This document shows positions 1-8,406 of a stretch of DNA of 64,000 nucleotides, in pieces. The notes below the pieces were generated by a model. That model made no database searches. It saw only the letters and a list, made by a program, of their open reading frames with translations, and was not told where the DNA came from. Numbering within the stretch: position 1 is the first letter of the stretch; each line of letters begins with the position of its first letter. Both the position numbers and the translations under genes were made by a program. Origin of the DNA: Dehalococcoidia bacterium (GTDB lineage Bacteria > Chloroflexota > Dehalococcoidia > Lucifugimonadales > UBA3495); NCBI GenBank assembly GCA_965232885.1, contig CBDDQX010000002.1:671211-735210 (forward strand), given 5' to 3'.

Positions 1-122
1 GCCGCGGCGAAGAGCTCCATCTCGTCTCCCACCGCACGGTAGTAAGGTTCTGCCCGAACCAGGAACTCCTCGATCGCGTACTCGCTGTAATGTAGCTGTT
101 CTTGCTCTGCGGCTTCAACCAT
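1..122 (-). CDS. 5' end of a gene running off the window. The N-terminus resembles CbbQ/NorQ/MoxR-type AAA+ ATPases (tentative).
   Basis: ATG at 122-120, with a 1-nt TAATG overlap on the coaE stop. It reads MVEAAEQEQLHYSEYAIEEFLVRAEPYYRAVGDEMELFAAA. The YY-x-x-G-x-E-x-x-LF-x-A pattern precedes the Walker A of CbbQ/NorQ proteins. Only about 40 codons are visible. Confidence 0.3.
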   Translation of the reverse strand, partial: MVEAAEQEQLHYSEYAIEEFLVRAEPYYRAVGDEMELFAA

Positions 123-733
123 TATGTCTGTTCAATCCTTTCTTTGACTCTGGTTTCCCACAACTCGTTGAGCGTTCCCTGCATGGCGGCAACATCTCCG
201 GAGTTGTCAATCACCACATCAGCCCGGCTCAACCTCTCAGGACGGCTCATCTGCGAATTCAGCCGCTTGCGGGCTTCCTCTTCGCTCATGCCGTTGCGCT
301 GGGAAAGGCGATGGATCACCGCTTCCTCGGAGGAGTCGGTCACCCATGCCTCCTGCACCAGGGAATCCCATCCGGCTTCGAAAAGCAGGGCAGCCTCCAC
401 CACCACAACTTCGGTGCCCTTGGCCTGAAAGTCCTCGATCTTCTCCTGCACCATCCGCGCCATGAGCGGGTGCATGATGCCGTTCAGCCTAGCCAACTGC
501 TCCGGGTCGGAGAATACGATAGCGCCCAGGCTGCGCCGGTCAATTTCACCGCTGGGCTGCAGGATGCTCTCGCCGAAGGCTTCCACCACCCGTTGCCAAG
601 CCTCGGCATGGGGCGTGTAGGCTTCATGGCCGACCACATCGGCGTCGATCAGCGCTGCCCCCAGCGAAACCATGTGCTTGGCGGCCTCGCTCTTGCCCGT
701 GCCAATACCGCCGGTCAACCCAATGACTAGCAT
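122..733 (-). CDS. coaE: dephospho-CoA kinase
   Basis: MLVIGLTGGIGTGKS P-loop at the N-terminus and CoaE-like length. The internal ATG at 733 is preferred over the ORF-track start at 787. Confidence 0.85.
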   Translation of the reverse strand: MLVIGLTGGIGTGKSEAAKHMVSLGAALIDADVVGHEAYTPHAEAWQRVVEAFGESILQPSGEIDRRSLGAIVFSDPEQLARLNGIMHPLMARMVQEKIEDFQAKGTEVVVVEAALLFEAGWDSLVQEAWVTDSSEEAVIHRLSQRNGMSEEEARKRLNSQMSRPERLSRADVVIDNSGDVAAMQGTLNELWETRVKERIEQT

Positions 734-881
734 ACGCCCCCGGAATCGCCCTAGCGCCCGGCCCAAGCCGGACGCACCGGCAGGCAAAAGGACGCAATAG
801 GCGTCATTCTAACAACCGCCCATAATATGGTCAACTTGAATGCCACAAGGGGATGCTCGCGCGAAGACTTCAGGGAGTGAA

Positions 882-1523
882 TCACTCCTGGATGTTAATC
901 GGCCCCCACCGGGATTCCCAGGTTTTCTGAAGTTCCTGGAACATTCGGCCATATTCTTCGGTGTCGATTGGGGTGGTGGTCATGATGACCGCGTCTTCCC
1001 GGTTATCCGAATAATATCCCTTGCGTATACCCACCGACTTGAAGTTGTACTTCTCATAGAGACGATGGGCAATGAAATTGGATACCCGCGCCTCCAGGGT
1101 CATTACATGAGAGCCATATTCGACGGCTGCGCGAAGAGACCCGATAAGCAGCAACTCGCCGATGCCATTGCCGCGCAGCGTCTCCCGCACGGCGATTTCC
1201 ACTATGTGCGCCTCGTCTCCCTGGTACCAGACGCTGACGTAACCGGCTATCGCGTAGTCGTCTCTCTCTGCCGCCTCGGAGACGTTTCCGCCAAAACCGA
1301 ACCGCTCCGCCAGCCGCGACAGCCATGAGCGGGGTTCCTCAGCCGGTTCCTCCACCGGTAGAGGTTGTGAGACATCCGCTTCGATGCAGGCCACGAGATA
1401 ACAGGCACGCTTGTTGCTGATGTCACGCTTAAAGGGCGAACTCACCCAGACGGGAGAGAACGCCTCTCGCTCGATCTCAACGACCTCGGTTATATCCTCT
1501 TTTCTGAGAGGGCGCAGATACAC
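882..1523 (-). CDS. rimI: GNAT N-acetyltransferase, ribosomal-protein-alanine acetyltransferase (RimI)-like
   Basis: Motifs RPLRKEDITEVVEIEREAF and EIAVRETLRGNGIGELLL (acetyl-CoA motif A), plus YEKYNFKSVGIRKGYY. A GTG at 1523 is proposed as the start because the long ORF overlaps the upstream gene. Confidence 0.65.
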   Translation of the reverse strand: MYLRPLRKEDITEVVEIEREAFSPVWVSSPFKRDISNKRACYLVACIEADVSQPLPVEEPAEEPRSWLSRLAERFGFGGNVSEAAERDDYAIAGYVSVWYQGDEAHIVEIAVRETLRGNGIGELLLIGSLRAAVEYGSHVMTLEARVSNFIAHRLYEKYNFKSVGIRKGYYSDNREDAVIMTTTPIDTEEYGRMFQELQKTWESRWGPINIQE

Positions 1524-1680
1524 TGGGATATACCACGGAAAACGGGAGCAGACATTTACGTCGGCGCTCCGCCGGATTACGGCAACCCGTTGGAATTGCG
1601 TGGCCCGTTTGGATTGCGTGGATTGTAGCACATGGCGGAGCGGGCGCGCCCCGCCCCTGTGGAAGTCCGGCGAACTCGAT

Positions 1681-2961
1681 TCAGAATAAAGCCGACTGCC
1701 GTGAACCGTCCTTCGTTTGACCCCAGACCCGCACTGTCCCGTACTGCCCGTCGAATCCCGGTTCAACAGCAACCCGTCCGGTGCGAGCTTTCAGGATAGC
1801 CTGCGCCACCTGCTCGCTTGACGCCTGCCGGATGTCAGCCTCATCGGCCCAAGCCAGTGCTGCCAGTTCGCTGCCTAATTCGTCGCACAGCCTTCGATAG
1901 GCGTTCGCCACCGTCTTGCTGCGCCGGCCCACGCCCAGGGTTTCCGCCAGCAATTCTTCCAAGGGGACCAGCCGGAGGAAGGGTGGATGTTCGTCCATCG
2001 AACGGATGAATCCATCCGCTCCCGGGGTCGGCTCGCGGTTCCCTTCCGGTTCAGGCGCAGCCGACAGCGAATCAACACGATGCAGCACTCCCAGGGTCAT
2101 CGGGCGTCCGCAGACCGGACAAAGGCCGCTCCCCTGCGCCGCCGTCTCGCTGGGCGACTGACTTATTCCGCAGTTGCGGTGCCCGCTGTAGTGATACTTG
2201 CCTTCCTCCGGGTAAAACTCCACGGTGTAGGCAATGGAGTTTCGTTCCACGGCTTCCTTGAGGCCGGCATAGGTCGGTTTTCCCCTGAACACAGTGACTT
2301 CCCGCCCCAGATTCGGAGGTGAGTGGGCGTCAGAAAATGAGAGGATAGCCCGCCCCTGCATATCAGGAACCCTCCAGTTCATGGCCGGATCGCTGGAAAG
2401 ACCCGTTTCCACCGCCCTGATTAGCGGGGTCAACTCGCCGAAACATTCCTCAAGACTGTCGAAGCCGGACACGGACCCCAACAGTCCGTACCAGGGTGTC
2501 CAGACATGGGCGGGCACCACCATCGCCGCCGGGTCAATGTCCAACGCCAACGACGTAAGTTCAATCGCCGAGAGTCCGACAGAAGGGCGCCCGTCCCCTT
2601 CCAGCTTGACGCCTCGCTGCGACAGTTGCGCGTTGAAACGCTTCACGCATTCCAGGGACGACAGGAAAAGCAAGAGGTGAATCCTCCGCCCTCTGCCACC
2701 CTGGCGGTAAACGCAGCTGATTTCAGTGCCCAGGACGAAGTTCACGCCATCGTATTGGAAGGTTCCGGCGTCCACCTCCACGAGACCCGCCTCCAGTTCG
2801 GACAGCCACGCCGGGTGCGTGAAGTCGCCGGTGGCCAGCAGCCCGATGCCCTTGGTCCTGGCCGTGGCCGCCAGATTGGGCAGCGTCAGGTTCTTGCTAC
2901 ATGCGTAGGCGTAGCGGGAATGGATGTGCAGATCGGCGACGAATTGATTCTCGCGGTTCAT
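1681..2961 (-). CDS. PHP-domain endonuclease Q (EndoQ / TIGR00375)-like protein
   Basis: N-terminal ADLHIHSRYAYACS PHP motif, FYPEEGKYHYSGHRNCG, and a C-terminal zinc finger CPVCGRPMTLGVLHRV. Confidence 0.7.
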   Translation of the reverse strand: MNRENQFVADLHIHSRYAYACSKNLTLPNLAATARTKGIGLLATGDFTHPAWLSELEAGLVEVDAGTFQYDGVNFVLGTEISCVYRQGGRGRRIHLLLFLSSLECVKRFNAQLSQRGVKLEGDGRPSVGLSAIELTSLALDIDPAAMVVPAHVWTPWYGLLGSVSGFDSLEECFGELTPLIRAVETGLSSDPAMNWRVPDMQGRAILSFSDAHSPPNLGREVTVFRGKPTYAGLKEAVERNSIAYTVEFYPEEGKYHYSGHRNCGISQSPSETAAQGSGLCPVCGRPMTLGVLHRVDSLSAAPEPEGNREPTPGADGFIRSMDEHPPFLRLVPLEELLAETLGVGRRSKTVANAYRRLCDELGSELAALAWADEADIRQASSEQVAQAILKARTGRVAVEPGFDGQYGTVRVWGQTKDGSRQSALF

Positions 2962-2998
2962 CGCTGGAGTTTAGCACAAGGCCCATGGACAGACGTGC

Positions 2999-3610
2999 CT
3001 AACGGCCGTCCCAGCCACATTCGGCGGACAGCATCTCCATACCTGCGGTCACCTCGCTTTCATCTGGTTCCGCTGGCCTGCTTATCGTCGTCTCTGTGGA
3101 CGAGCCGTCGGAGTTTGTAGACTTCTCTGCTTCTTCTGAAAATCCAACACTCAGGAACCTGAGGAGCGTCGTTACTCCTTCCGGCGAAAGCTCGCAAAGC
3201 AACTCATTCAGGGCCTCTTCGCTCTGAATGGTTTGCAGCTTCTCAACACTGGCCCATACGTTGTACCGGCACGACTCGGCAACGTGTTTCACTGACCATT
3301 CCACCAGTTCATCCTGGTTGGGCGCGGGCTCGAAGACGGCGCTGGTGGTCACTTCACCCGCGCTGCTGGTATGAGTAGTAGTCGTGACTATATTCGACAT
3401 CTCGGTGTGTCTCGCAATCGCCCGCAGTTCCGGCTCCGTCAAGGCGCACCACGCACTTCCATGCTCCGAAAAGCTCTCGCTGTCAGTAATCTCCGCATAC
3501 TTGGCCCTGGCCGCCTCCGGGTCGTTCAGGTCGAAGGAGGCAGCCTGCCATTCGAGAGCCTGGGATATGAAAGTCGCAATAGCGAATAACAGGAAAACAA
3601 TAATCCACAT
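2999..3610 (-). CDS. hypothetical protein with an N-terminal hydrophobic anchor or signal and an acidic T/S-rich region
   Basis: 203-aa ORF. The N-terminus MWIIVFLLFAIATFISQA is hydrophobic. It is the last gene of an AT-richer minus-strand cluster. No family recognised. Confidence 0.45.
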   Translation of the reverse strand: MWIIVFLLFAIATFISQALEWQAASFDLNDPEAARAKYAEITDSESFSEHGSAWCALTEPELRAIARHTEMSNIVTTTTHTSSAGEVTTSAVFEPAPNQDELVEWSVKHVAESCRYNVWASVEKLQTIQSEEALNELLCELSPEGVTTLLRFLSVGFSEEAEKSTNSDGSSTETTISRPAEPDESEVTAGMEMLSAECGWDGR

Positions 3611-3621
3611 GATGCGCCTCC

Positions 3622-4002
3622 TTAGCTTCCGTTGATGGACAGGGCAATGATGATCAAGAAAACTATGTATGCTGCGATTGCCCCGGCTAGACAGAGCAGA
3701 AAAATTCCAAAGTTAGTGACAAGCTGGGAGCCCTTCCATTTGATACAGACAATGCCAGCCGGAATCGTCACCAAGATGAAGGTAGTCAACAGGTCAGTTC
3801 GACGAAAATTCCTCACAACTTGATATGAAGCGTAAGCCAGAGTCACCAGCACAAGCCCAACCACAGCAGCCCCCACCCACCGGGACAGGGGAGTTCTCCC
3901 CCACCTGATGAGGGAGAATCCCAGCAAGCTCGCCAGCAACAGCAGGAACCAGTAAAAACCTTCAAACTGCAAAGTGCTGTCCTTCATTTGCGCTCGGAGC
4001 AA
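3622..4002 (-). CDS. hypothetical integral membrane protein (about 4 TM segments)
   Basis: 126-aa ORF made of four hydrophobic stretches. It is tightly spaced with its neighbours (2-nt and 11-nt gaps). Confidence 0.45.
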   Translation of the reverse strand: MLRAQMKDSTLQFEGFYWFLLLLASLLGFSLIRWGRTPLSRWVGAAVVGLVLVTLAYASYQVVRNFRRTDLLTTFILVTIPAGIVCIKWKGSQLVTNFGIFLLCLAGAIAAYIVFLIIIALSINGS

Positions 4003-4004
4003 GC

Positions 4005-4295
4005 CTACTGACCGCCGTAACGATGCCAGGTTCTGCCATCGTAATACTGTGCATACTGTGCTTTTTCGATAATTGGTTCTGCTATGAAGCGAATAACAGG
4101 AAAATGATAAACAGCATGATATACCTCCTGGGGGTCCAGTTGAGGCTCCCTTTCTTCCGAGGTTGGGGCAACTGGATTATCCGGCAAGGCGCGAACCAGG
4201 GAAGCAGGTACTCCAACGCCCTTAAAATGATGGCTGGCTTCAGAGCTATCTGTCATCGCTGCGCTCTTCAGAATGACAGTACCACAAGCCACCAT
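4005..4295 (-). CDS. hypothetical protein
   Basis: 96-aa ORF, first gene downstream of the IS630 insertion. No family recognised. Confidence 0.35.
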   Translation of the reverse strand: MVACGTVILKSAAMTDSSEASHHFKGVGVPASLVRALPDNPVAPTSEEREPQLDPQEVYHAVYHFPVIRFIAEPIIEKAQYAQYYDGRTWHRYGGQ

Positions 4296-4389
4296 TTCAA
4301 ATCAGTTTCACCACTAGTAGTCGAGCAGAGTTGTATTGATGGATAATAGGTATAATCAAGTGAGAAAAATAAGCAGATGAGGGGAGTGG

Positions 4390-5528
4390 GTGATGGAGAA
4401 GAAGTACCGGGTCAAGCTGAGTGCGGAGGAGCGGGAGGAATTGAAAGCAATGGTTTCCAAGGGGAGTTGTGCCGCGTACAAGCAGACCCATGCCCGCATC
4501 CTGCTGTTGGGCGACGAAGGGCAAGAGGGAGGGGCTATGAAGGATGCAGAGATTGCCCGGGCCCTCCAGGTCGGCCGTGCGACGGTGGAGCGGGTAAGGC
4601 GCCGCTGTGTGGAGGAGGGTTTGGAACGGGCATTGGGGCGCAAGGAGCAACTGAACCGCCAGCGGAAGCGGTTGGACGGTGCGGGGGAAGCCCATCTGAT
4701 TGCCCTGGCCTGCGGGGAACCGCCCGAGGGACGGGCCAGTTGGACGCTGCAATTGCTGGCCGATGGACTGGTGGAAAGGGAGATAGTGGAGAGCATCAGC
4801 CATGAAACAGTGCGCCAGACTCTGAAAAAAACCAACTTAAGCCTTGGCTGAAAGAGTGTTGGTGCGTCCCTCCGCAAGGCAGCGCCGAGTTTGTCTGCGC
4901 CATGGAGGACGTGCTGAAAGTCTATCAGCGCCAGTATGGGGACAACGAGGTCCTGGTCTGCCTGGATGAGACCAGCAAGCAGCAGGTGAAAGAGACGCGC
5001 CAGCCGCGACCGGCCCAGCCCGGGGCGGTGGGCTCCTACGATTACGAATACGAACGCAACGGAGTGAGCAACCTGTTCATGTTGTTCGCACCGCTGGAGG
5101 GGTGGCGCCGGGTGGCAGTGACGGACCGGCGTGCCAAAGTCGATTGGGCGCAGGTGGTCAAGCAACTGGTGGACGAGGACTACCCGGACAAAGACCGTAT
5201 CGTACTGGTGATGGACAATCTGAACACGCATCACCCCAGTTCATTGTATGAGGCCTTTGAACCTGCCGAGGCCCGGCGCATCGCGGAGCGGCTGGAAATT
5301 CACTACACGCCCAAGCACGGCAGTTGGCTGGATATGGCCGAGATTGAAATCGGGGTGTTGTCCCGCCAATGCCTGAACCGTCGCATTCCGGATCAAACAA
5401 CTCTAAGGCGGGAAGTGGCAGCGTGGCAGGACCGGCGCAACCAGGACAGGATACGAGTGGACTGGCGCTTTACCACCGCAGACGCTCGCCTAAAATTGAA
5501 GTCTCTATATCCATCAGTCCAAAACTGA
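4390..5528 (+). CDS. IS630-family DDE transposase, made from two frames by a -1 frameshift
   Basis: The first ORF (4390-4851) is HTH-like. The second frame continues as NQLKPWLKECWCVPPQG...MEDVLKVY and carries DDE-type motifs (CLDETS, VMDNLNTHH, HGSWLDMAEIE). Confidence 0.8.
4825..4831 (+). other. A7 slippery heptamer, candidate programmed -1 ribosomal frameshift site of the IS630 transposase
   Basis: In CTG AAA AAA ACC, shifting -1 on the A-run joins the two transposase ORFs into the conserved LKPWLK junction. Confidence 0.7.
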
Positions 5529-5535
5529 TGGCCTA

Positions 5536-5712
5536 CTAGGCGGCTGGCATAAAGATTGTGAATATGAGAAAAATGGCAACGGAGAATCCAAGCAGCACTA
5601 TACCCAACCACCAGAGCAAAGAGCCCTTATCCGTTTTCCAAACCATAACAGCCCCTGGATCCCCTGGAATTAAGACAATGAAAGCCAATGCCAGTAAGTT
5701 CATCCAAATCAT
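5536..5712 (-). CDS. small hydrophobic membrane protein (58 aa from the internal ATG)
   Basis: MIWMNLLALAFIVLIPG...LLWWLGIVLLGFSVAIFLIFTIF gives two TM segments. The ORF-track start at 5757 lies inside the MITE, so it is rejected. The stop codon TAG contains the IS630 target TA. Confidence 0.35.
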   Translation of the reverse strand: MIWMNLLALAFIVLIPGDPGAVMVWKTDKGSLLWWLGIVLLGFSVAIFLIFTIFMPAA

Positions 5713-5732
5713 TGTCTGCCTCCCTAAATTAA

Positions 5733-5957
5733 GGGATTTATATCGTATTTTACCCACACACCGTTAAAGCAGGCACTCCTGCCAAAGACAATGGCATCCT
5801 CAAGCCCCGGAGGCCTTATAAACCGTCATTCCCGCGAAAGCGAGTATCCATGTTGCCGGGTTTCAGCTTATTTGCCGGAGCCGGGGGTCTCTGAATTCCC
5901 GCTTTCGCGGGAATGACGGGATTTTCCTAACGCTGGGTAAAATTCGATATAATTCCC
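5733..5957 (+). mobile_element. 225-bp MITE, copy 1
   Basis: Read by eye as 100 % identical to 37838-38062. The 24-bp TIRs are GGGATTTATATCGTATTTTACCCA and the reverse complement of TGGGTAAAATTCGATATAATTCCC (22/24). The 8-bp direct repeat TAAATTAA flanks both ends. There is an internal 20-bp perfect inverted repeat (5823-5842 and 5900-5919). Confidence 0.85.
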
Positions 5958-5978
5958 TAAATTAACGGGCTAATTCTC

Positions 5979-6013
5979 GGTTAGCGGCTCCCTAATCTAG
6001 GGAGCCGCTAACC
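5979..6013 (-). terminator. perfect 16-bp stem hairpin downstream of the 6033-6371 gene
   Basis: GGTTAGCGGCTCCCTA-atc-TAGGGAGCCGCTAACC. No clear U-tract follows, so terminator function is uncertain. Confidence 0.4.
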
Positions 6014-6032
6014 TGTATCTGTTCTACCGATT

Positions 6033-6371
6033 TCACCATCGGCATACTACCGATGGGCCGCCACCACAGTAGCCAGTGGATGTCCCATTGCCGTACTGGG
6101 TTTTGCTTATCGTGGGGTATGTGTGATAGGAGCAGGCATTCGTTAATGGCACACATAGTTTGAAATGTCCTTGAACGAAATCACTATGCGACCATTCGCC
6201 TTGTCCTCCAGATTCACTTCTGTTGACGTTTCCGACATAGACCCAGAACAGATTGGTTACACTCCCTGAAGTATTGAAATCAGGATCTGTGGTAATCTCA
6301 GAACCGTCCCAGCACCACCTCGTCTCAGAACGCAACTTTGCCAAGTCGAATCCATGTATTGTGCATATCAA
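6033..6371 (-). CDS. hypothetical Cys/Trp/Gly-rich protein
   Basis: 112-aa ORF in a clearly AT-richer stretch. It has 6 Cys, and no signal peptide or known motif was recognised. Confidence 0.35.
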   Translation of the reverse strand: MICTIHGFDLAKLRSETRWCWDGSEITTDPDFNTSGSVTNLFWVYVGNVNRSESGGQGEWSHSDFVQGHFKLCVPLTNACSYHTYPTISKTQYGNGTSTGYCGGGPSVVCRW

Positions 6372-6607
6372 TATATTTTATGTTTGTCAACGTTGTGAAA
6401 ATAATAACGATATTGTTTATGCTATTGGGCGATAGACGCCTAAGTTCATCAGCGGCTCAGACTCTGCCGGGCGGGAAGAGAAGGAAGCAAATCGCCGCTT
6501 TCAGCCGCGCTTGACCGGCGGCGGGGACGGTTTTATCCTTAGTAGCAGTTACGTTTCTCACAAATCTTGCGTTCTGCCCGTCTCAACTTAAGGAGGATAG
6601 GAGAAGA

Positions 6608-8215
6608 ATGCCAGCCAAGAGCATCATCAGCGATCAGGCCGCTCAAAAGGCCCTGCTGGAAGGCATCTCGATGGTGTCCAACGCCGTCGGACGCACTCTG
6701 GGGCCAAAAGGCCGCAACGTTGCGGTGGAAAAGAAGTGGGGCGCACCCGTCATCACCAACGACGGCGTCACCATCGCCAAGGAAGTGGAGTTGCCCGAAT
6801 CCTTCGCGAACATGGGCGCCCAGCTAATCAAGGAAGCCGCCAGCAAGACCAACGACGTCGCCGGCGACGGCACCACCACCGCCACGATTCTGGCCCACAA
6901 TATCGTCCGCGAGGGCATGAAGAACGTGGCCGCCGGCGCCGACCCTATGGCTATCAAGCGCGGGCTGGATAAGTGTGTGGCTGCCCTGGTCAAGGAACTG
7001 GCCGGAATTTCGACGCCGGTGCAGGGCCGCGACCAGATGGCTCAGGTCGCCACTATCTCGGCCAACGACGGCGAAATCGGAGACATGCTTGCCGACGTGC
7101 TGGAACAGGTGGGCGCCGAGGGCGTGGTCACCATTGAGGAAGGCAAGGGCATCGAGTCTGAGACAGAGTACGTCGAAGGCATGAACTTCGACCGCGGCTA
7201 CATCAGTCCTTACTTCGTCACCAACCCGGAGCGCATGGAGTCCATAATCGAGAATCCTCACATCCTGGTCACCGATAAAAAGATCTCCGCCGCCGCCGAA
7301 CTGGTGCCGGTGCTGGAGAGCGCCTTGCAGGTGACCCGCAACCTGGTTATCATCGCCGAGGATGTGGAGAGCGAGGCGCTGGCGGTTCTGGTGGTAAACA
7401 AGCTGCGCGGCACCATCAACTGCCTGGCCGTCAAGGCTCCCGGCTTTGGCGACCGCCGCAAGGCCATGCTGGAAGACATCGCCATCCTCACCGGGGCGCA
7501 GGTCGTTTCGGAGGAGAGGGGGCGGCGACTGGACCAAGCCACAGTCGCAGACCTGGGTCAGGCCCGCCGTATCGAAACCACCAAGGACCGCACCACCATC
7601 GTCGGCGGCACAGGCGAGCCTGATATGATCAAGGGCCGCACGGAGCAGATCCGGGTACTCATCGAGGAAACTACCTCCGAGTACGATAAAGAGAAGCTAC
7701 AAGAGCGGCTGGCCAAGCTCTCCGGCGGCGTCGCCGTGGTCAAGGTAGGCGCTCCCACCGAGCCTGAGCTCAAGAACCGCAAGGCCCGTGTCGAAGACGC
7801 TCTCTCTGCCACCCGCGCGGCGGTGGAAGAGGGCATCGTGCCCGGGGGAGGCGTCGCCTACATCCGCGCCATGCACGTCCTGGACGGCGTCAACCTAAAC
7901 GGCGACGAAGCCGTGGGCCGCGTCATCCTGAGAGCAGCTCTGGAAGAGCCGGTACGGATCATCGCCCGCAATTCCGGCGGCGAACCAGCCGTGGTCATGG
8001 ACGAGGTGCGCCGCAACAGCGACCGAAACTTCGGCTACGACGCAGCCCGAGGCGAGTTCGGCGATATGGTGGAGCGGGGCATCATTGATCCCACCAAGGT
8101 CTCCCGCTCAGCCCTGGAAAATGCCTCCAGCGTGGCGGGCATGATCCTGACCACCTACTCGCTGATTACCCCCGAGGAAGAGGAAGAACACGACCACCAC
8201 GGTCACTCCCACTAG
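6608..8215 (+). CDS. groEL: chaperonin GroEL (60 kDa)
   Basis: AGGAGG RBS. Canonical motifs are [40 protein letters not shown] and GGGVAYIRA. The C-terminus is [13 protein letters not shown]. Confidence 0.95.
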   Translation: MPAKSIISDQAAQKALLEGISMVSNAVGRTLGPKGRNVAVEKKWGAPVITNDGVTIAKEVELPESFANMGAQLIKEAASKTNDVAGDGTTTATILAHNIVREGMKNVAAGADPMAIKRGLDKCVAALVKELAGISTPVQGRDQMAQVATISANDGEIGDMLADVLEQVGAEGVVTIEEGKGIESETEYVEGMNFDRGYISPYFVTNPERMESIIENPHILVTDKKISAAAELVPVLESALQVTRNLVIIAEDVESEALAVLVVNKLRGTINCLAVKAPGFGDRRKAMLEDIAILTGAQVVSEERGRRLDQATVADLGQARRIETTKDRTTIVGGTGEPDMIKGRTEQIRVLIEETTSEYDKEKLQERLAKLSGGVAVVKVGAPTEPELKNRKARVEDALSATRAAVEEGIVPGGGVAYIRAMHVLDGVNLNGDEAVGRVILRAALEEPVRIIARNSGGEPAVVMDEVRRNSDRNFGYDAARGEFGDMVERGIIDPTKVSRSALENASSVAGMILTTYSLITPEEEEEHDHHGHSH

Positions 8216-8286
8216 GCTCTGACGCCGCCGGGCCACATCGAACCGGCGGCAGAACGGAAATATAGACAATCGCTGAGGTGATTTCT

Positions 8287-8400
8287 ATGGCTTCTTCGAT
8301 GATGGTGTCAATCTGGACCTGCGACAAGTGCGGCCACGAAAACGGCCCCATGCGAGATGTCTTCTGCGGGAATTGCGGTCAGCGCCGCCCAGGCTGGTAG
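8287..8400 (+). CDS. 37-aa zinc-ribbon protein (not in the ORF track)
   Basis: GAGGTGA RBS 6 nt upstream of the ATG. It reads MASSMMVSIWTCDKCGHENGPMRDVFCGNCGQRRPGW, with W-x-C-x2-C...C-x2-C spacing close to a RanBP2-type zinc finger. Confidence 0.45.
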   Translation: MASSMMVSIWTCDKCGHENGPMRDVFCGNCGQRRPGW

Positions 8401-8406
8401 CGCGAA

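Larger units (their letters stand above)
4327..5536 (+). mobile_element. IS630-family insertion sequence (1210 bp) flanked by a TA duplication
   Basis: Imperfect terminal inverted repeats: GTAGTCGAGCAGAGTTGTATTGATGG at the left versus the reverse complement of the right end, GTAGGCCATCAGTTTTGGACTGATGG (18/26 match). TA at 4325-4326 and at 5537-5538. Two-ORF transposase inside. Confidence 0.85.

Noticed and set aside
6440-6607. CIRCE/HrcA operator upstream of groEL
   Set aside because: No match to TTAGCACTC-N9-GAGTGCTAA. The nearest similarity, TTAGTAGCAG, lacks the inverted partner.
8226-8252. GCCGCCGG…CCGGCGGC hairpin after groEL as a rho-independent terminator
   Set aside because: The stem is good (8 bp) but no U-tract follows. 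It is therefore mentioned only in the findings text and not listed as a feature.
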